Assembly: GCA_041736305.1 (NCBI GenBank)
Contig: JBGSTX010000384.1
Span: 1 to 19,226, forward strand
Direction of reading: 5' to 3'
DNA: 19,226 nucleotides
Source: Oligoflexus sp.
Lineage (GTDB): Bacteria; Bdellovibrionota_B; Oligoflexia; Oligoflexales; Oligoflexaceae
Below the pieces are notes generated by a model that had not been told where the DNA came from, ran no database searches, and saw nothing but the letters and a program-made list of their open reading frames with translations. Both the position numbers and the translations under genes were made by a program. Below, in pieces: positions 16,279-19,226 of this stretch (positions are counted from its first letter, which is position 1; each line of letters starts with the position of its first letter).

Positions 16279-16491
16279 ATGAAAGTAGTATTTATCGCCA
16301 ATAGCCGCGTAGAAGCCGATATCGTCCGCGGTAAGCTTGAGGCCTATGGAATCCCAGCCATGACGCGGCAAGATGATGAAGGCGGGCTGAATCCAGCGCT
16401 GGCTTTGTCGCTCGGAGTTAGTGTTGTCGTCGACGACGATGACTATGAAGCAGCCACTCGCCTGCTCAAGTCACCTCCCATAAAGAGTTAG
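16279..16491 (+). CDS. DUF2007 (putative prokaryotic signal-transducing) protein
   Basis: EADIVRGKLEAYGIPA...GVSVVVDDDDYEAATRLL. ATG 16279 has SD AAGGAG overlapping the pth2 stop. Confidence 0.85.
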   Translation: MKVVFIANSRVEADIVRGKLEAYGIPAMTRQDDEGGLNPALALSLGVSVVVDDDDYEAATRLLKSPPIKS

Positions 16492-16660
16492 ATAAATGCT
16501 CATCCTGTTTAGGTGTTTGGCAACTGGCCTTTCGAAGACCCCGCTGCCGAGAAAGATCCCAAGCTCGCCCAGCAACTTTCAGATGGCCTGTAATAATAAT
16601 TTCGGAGATGTCTTTCAGACGGGCAATAAGCCGAAACGTGCCACAGTCGAAAAAAGAGCA

Positions 16661-17185
16661 AGTGCGTCTGTTGATGATGTTAAGGGAATGGATGCTATGC
16701 TCGATGAAACGTTGCTGGATGCATTTTTAAGCTCCGAAATTATAAAAAGGTTGATTGTTGGCATATTCAGCATAGTGATGGATATTTTCATAGACTGCCG
16801 AGAAAGAGACGCCTCCGTTCCTCATCCGCTCGATGGGACCCAGGCCATCGATATTGTGATTCATATTATTGCGGGTGGCCATCATCTGAGAATGGGCCCG
16901 AGCGACATTAGAAGCACATCGATCTAGCGCAAGCACTTGAAGGCCGTTCCTTTGGCGGGTCGCATTTGTGATTTGGAGAATACGCTGTTCAGCTTGTGTG
17001 ATTTCTGCAGGCAAGGCGATGAGACACAGTGCTTTTGCAATAGTGGGGTTGAGAGGCTTGATTTCTATTCTGCTAATAGCAGGATTTAATTGACTTAATT
17101 CACTCGAATTTTGGGCAGGGTTCTGCCCCTCTCCTCAAGTGACAAGAAAAATGCTCGTAAGAAAAAATAATAGCGACTTCTTCAT
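16661..17185 (-). pseudogene. CAP (SCP/YkwD-like) domain lipoprotein pseudogene
   Basis: ATG 17185 with GGAG SD gives MKKSLLFFLTSIFLVT*GEGQ (TGA at 17135-17137). In frame it continues to TNATRQRNGL..L....ARAHSQMM.....H and ENI, then TAA at 16727-16729, then FIEHSIHSLNIIN, which resembles the CAP H..NI motif. The 3' boundary is approximate. Confidence 0.75.
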
Positions 17186-17337
17186 CTAAGACTCCAAGAG
17201 ATAGGTTTCTCAGTTTGACTAAAAATACTGCACTCGATTGATATCCTGCAGCTTCACCTAGCTAGGACAGATAGAAAAACGGGCAGAATCTCTGATTTAT
17301 CCCGATGCTCCATGGCGTCAAATAAAGAAAGACTGCA

Positions 17338-18336
17338 TTAGGATTTCTGTTTTGATAAGGGGAGGACAGCCCCAGTAACCGCTCGCGCCGCCTTGGCGAT
17401 TATCGCGCCGCGTTCGCTACCGCTCTGTCGGGAATCCGAGATGAAAACCGCAATCGCGACAGTGGTTCCATCAGGTGCTGTCATGATGCCGACATCATTG
17501 GTAGTCGCCGCACGTCCGCGCCAGCTGGCACTGGTCCCGGTTTTGTGCGCAATTTTCCAGGATTGTGGGAGCCCTGCCCGCAGTCTGTCCTTGCCGGTCA
17601 CTGTCCCTTCCATAATGGAAAGTAGCTTTTGAGTTGAGGCTACGGAAAGGAGCTCACCTGCGGCCAGTCGTTTGAGAAACTTAACCATGGCCTCGGGGGT
17701 TGAAGTATCCCGCGGATCCTTCAGATAGGCTTCGAGCGCCTGATCCTTTTTTGCTGCCGGAGCCGCATTCACTGCCGCTTCGAACTTCCCCGACGCGGCA
17801 TAGGACGGCTGCCAGCTCAGGCCGGAGAATTCCGCCTGCAGATCGCGTTCATTGCGATCAATTCTTAGGCCCTCGACTTTTCTTTGTTTCAGAAAATCCT
17901 GAACCCTCCCCAATCCTCCGAGGCGCTGCAGAAGAACGTCGACCGAAGTGCTATCGCTATCCACAATCGAGCGGCGCATCAGTTCTTCGATCGTGGCAGG
18001 ATACTCGCCCTTGGCTCGAACGAGGTCGGCGAATTCCTGCGGGCCGGGGCTGCTGTCCTCGGGCTTCACGCGGATGATGTCGGTGAGTTTTAATCTGCTC
18101 TGATCCACCTCGTCCAGCGCGACGGCTGCGACTATGAATTTCATCACGCTCTGCAAAGGGAAGCGCTCGGAGCCACGAATGCAGACGGGCTCGGCTTTCA
18201 CATTTTCTAAGGCACAGACGCCCACCTTGCCATCAGATGTCGCCGTGATCGCATTTAGGTCCTTTTGCAGGGCCGCGCGGTCAGCAAGAGAATTCGGTTC
18301 TGTAAGAGCAGCGGCCAGTAAAAATATATGCAGCAT
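17338..18336 (-). CDS. bla: Class A serine beta-lactamase (atypical)
   Basis: FPLQSVMK (SxxK), SDS (SDN position), RIDRNE (E166), DPRDTSTP, HKTGT, TNDVGI. ATG 18336 begins a signal peptide; the track extends to TTG 18417. Confidence 0.92.
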   Translation of the reverse strand: MLHIFLLAAALTEPNSLADRAALQKDLNAITATSDGKVGVCALENVKAEPVCIRGSERFPLQSVMKFIVAAVALDEVDQSRLKLTDIIRVKPEDSSPGPQEFADLVRAKGEYPATIEELMRRSIVDSDSTSVDVLLQRLGGLGRVQDFLKQRKVEGLRIDRNERDLQAEFSGLSWQPSYAASGKFEAAVNAAPAAKKDQALEAYLKDPRDTSTPEAMVKFLKRLAAGELLSVASTQKLLSIMEGTVTGKDRLRAGLPQSWKIAHKTGTSASWRGRAATTNDVGIMTAPDGTTVAIAVFISDSRQSGSERGAIIAKAARAVTGAVLPLSKQKS

Positions 18337-18477
18337 AAGGCGTAATCCCTGAAAAATAATGTTGACCAGAGTCCGAGGGGCTCTCGCCATTCTAGAAGAC
18401 TGGGAATGTTTTCTCAAGCAGCCCTGGTATCAACTGCTCTCGACTCTCCCAGAGGCGCCAAGGTAGGAGTATGGAGG

Positions 18478-18509
18478 TAAAAATAGAAAATAGCGGCGGA
18501 CCGCTATTT
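18478..18509 (-). terminator. Rho-independent terminator (minus strand)
   Basis: AAATAGCGG-CGGA-CCGCTATTT hairpin at 18488-18509. On the minus strand it runs into TTTTCTATTTTT. Confidence 0.65.
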
Positions 18510-18522
18510 GGCAGATCATGTA

Positions 18523-18581
18523 GAAACCCAGCTCATCGGGAGAGCAGATTCTAGCGCTGCTCTCCCGATGAGCTGGGTTTC
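18523..18581. repeat. Perfect 25-bp inverted repeat with a 9-nt spacer
   Basis: GAAACCCAGCTCATCGGGAGAGCAG (18523-18547), spacer ATTCTAGCG, CTGCTCTCCCGATGAGCTGGGTTTC (18557-18581). Confidence 0.95.
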
Positions 18582-18785
18582 ATACGTTCAATTATTTGTT
18601 CCGGCGTCCAGGCTTATTCCTGACAATTTTAGCACATCCTAGCGGATTGACAGTGGCCGTGTAACCCGTAGCACAAGCTGCTGTGAAGTTGAGCCCTGAG
18701 ACCTGGCTCATCTGCGGCATAAGATCAGCACTGTATACGGTTGCACCCAGGACCGGCCGTCGGCTGCCAGCCGCTGCGCTTTCGC

Positions 18786-19226
18786 TCAGAGAGCGCTTAC
18801 CGTCCAGTCGTCGAGATAAACAGAGACGAAGTCCGTGCGGATCCCAGAAGTTCCCCAGCTGAACGTTCCATCGGTGACTTGCAGGACTTCCTGCTCATTG
18901 ATCGAGAACGCAAGGCGGGTACCGACAGCCGAAAATTTTAGCTTATGCCAGGTATTGAGACTGATAGGCCCGAACTGTTTCTGGGCAAGAGTTGTGTACT
19001 GTCCGCATAATTTCTTCTTGATTGTCACGAGACCGTCCTGGCGAACCGAGGCGACGTAGAGATCATTTTCGCTGCGATACCGGGTAAAAACGTGGAGGCC
19101 GCAGGTGGTGCAGGTGGGCTGTAGCCACTGCTTGATGTGCGCTCGGTAGCTGATAGCCTGATCGGTCCACTTCACCTTCTTATTTTGATCCCAAGCGAAG
19201 GCCAGAACCCTGAATCGATCATCATC
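18786..19226 (-). CDS. Concanavalin A/LamG-like (DUF1080-like) beta-sandwich domain protein, partial (5' end outside window)
   Basis: The frame is open to the window edge (DDDRFRVLAFAWDQNKKVKWTD...). NTWHKLKFSAVGTRLAFSINEQEVLQVTDGTFSWGTSGIRT...YLDDWTV is a typical ConA-like C-terminus. Confidence 0.75.
   Translation of the reverse strand, partial: DDDRFRVLAFAWDQNKKVKWTDQAISYRAHIKQWLQPTCTTCGLHVFTRYRSENDLYVASVRQDGLVTIKKKLCGQYTTLAQKQFGPISLNTWHKLKFSAVGTRLAFSINEQEVLQVTDGTFSWGTSGIRTDFVSVYLDDWTVSAL

Noticed and set aside
16496..16927. 143-aa plus-strand ORF starting 4 nt after the DUF2007 stop
   Set aside because: More than half is antisense to the recognisable CAP coding frame, and it has no motif or clear SD. 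Treated as a shadow ORF.
11381..17137. Genome-wide TGA recoding suggested by in-frame TGAs at 17135, 15526 and 11381
   Set aside because: TGA ends many intact genes at natural positions (1955, 7855, 8471, 10741, 18786), there is an ATGA overlap at 9919-9922, and conserved Trp/Gly residues use standard codons.
17393..19059. Plus-strand ORFs over bla and the ConA-like gene
   Set aside because: Antisense shadows in GC-rich coding sequence.

Overview
Bacterial chromosomal window with a mosaic, accessory-gene character. An Oligoflexia/Bdellovibrionota-type host is inferred from the many orphan lipoproteins and a TIGR02147/DUF4423-like HTH protein; no marker gene confirms this. Left part: a partial hotdog-fold (DUF4442/PaaI-like) gene, a TIGR01777 oxidoreductase-SRPBCC fusion, then an exported proteolysis cluster (M16 peptidase pair, a cryptic Tyr-rich secreted peptide missed by the ORF track, an S1 serine protease with an unknown C-terminal domain, a divergent TIMP-like Cys-X-Cys protein) and two lipoproteins. 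Middle part: a T5orf172 GIY-YIG protein, an HTH regulator coupled to a Gly-rich secreted peptide, a PRC-barrel protein, and an AT-richer block (DUF393-DUF2071 fusion, hypothetical, STAS/SpoIIAA-like, 582-aa Cys-motif orphan). Right part: Pth2-type peptidyl-tRNA hydrolase plus DUF2007, a CAP-domain lipoprotein pseudogene, an atypical class A beta-lactamase (SDS motif, about 34-aa omega-loop insertion), a terminator, a perfect 25-bp inverted repeat and a partial ConA/LamG-like gene. No rRNA, tRNA, CRISPR array, transposase or intact integrase was seen. All family calls come from motif recognition by eye; no database search was run.
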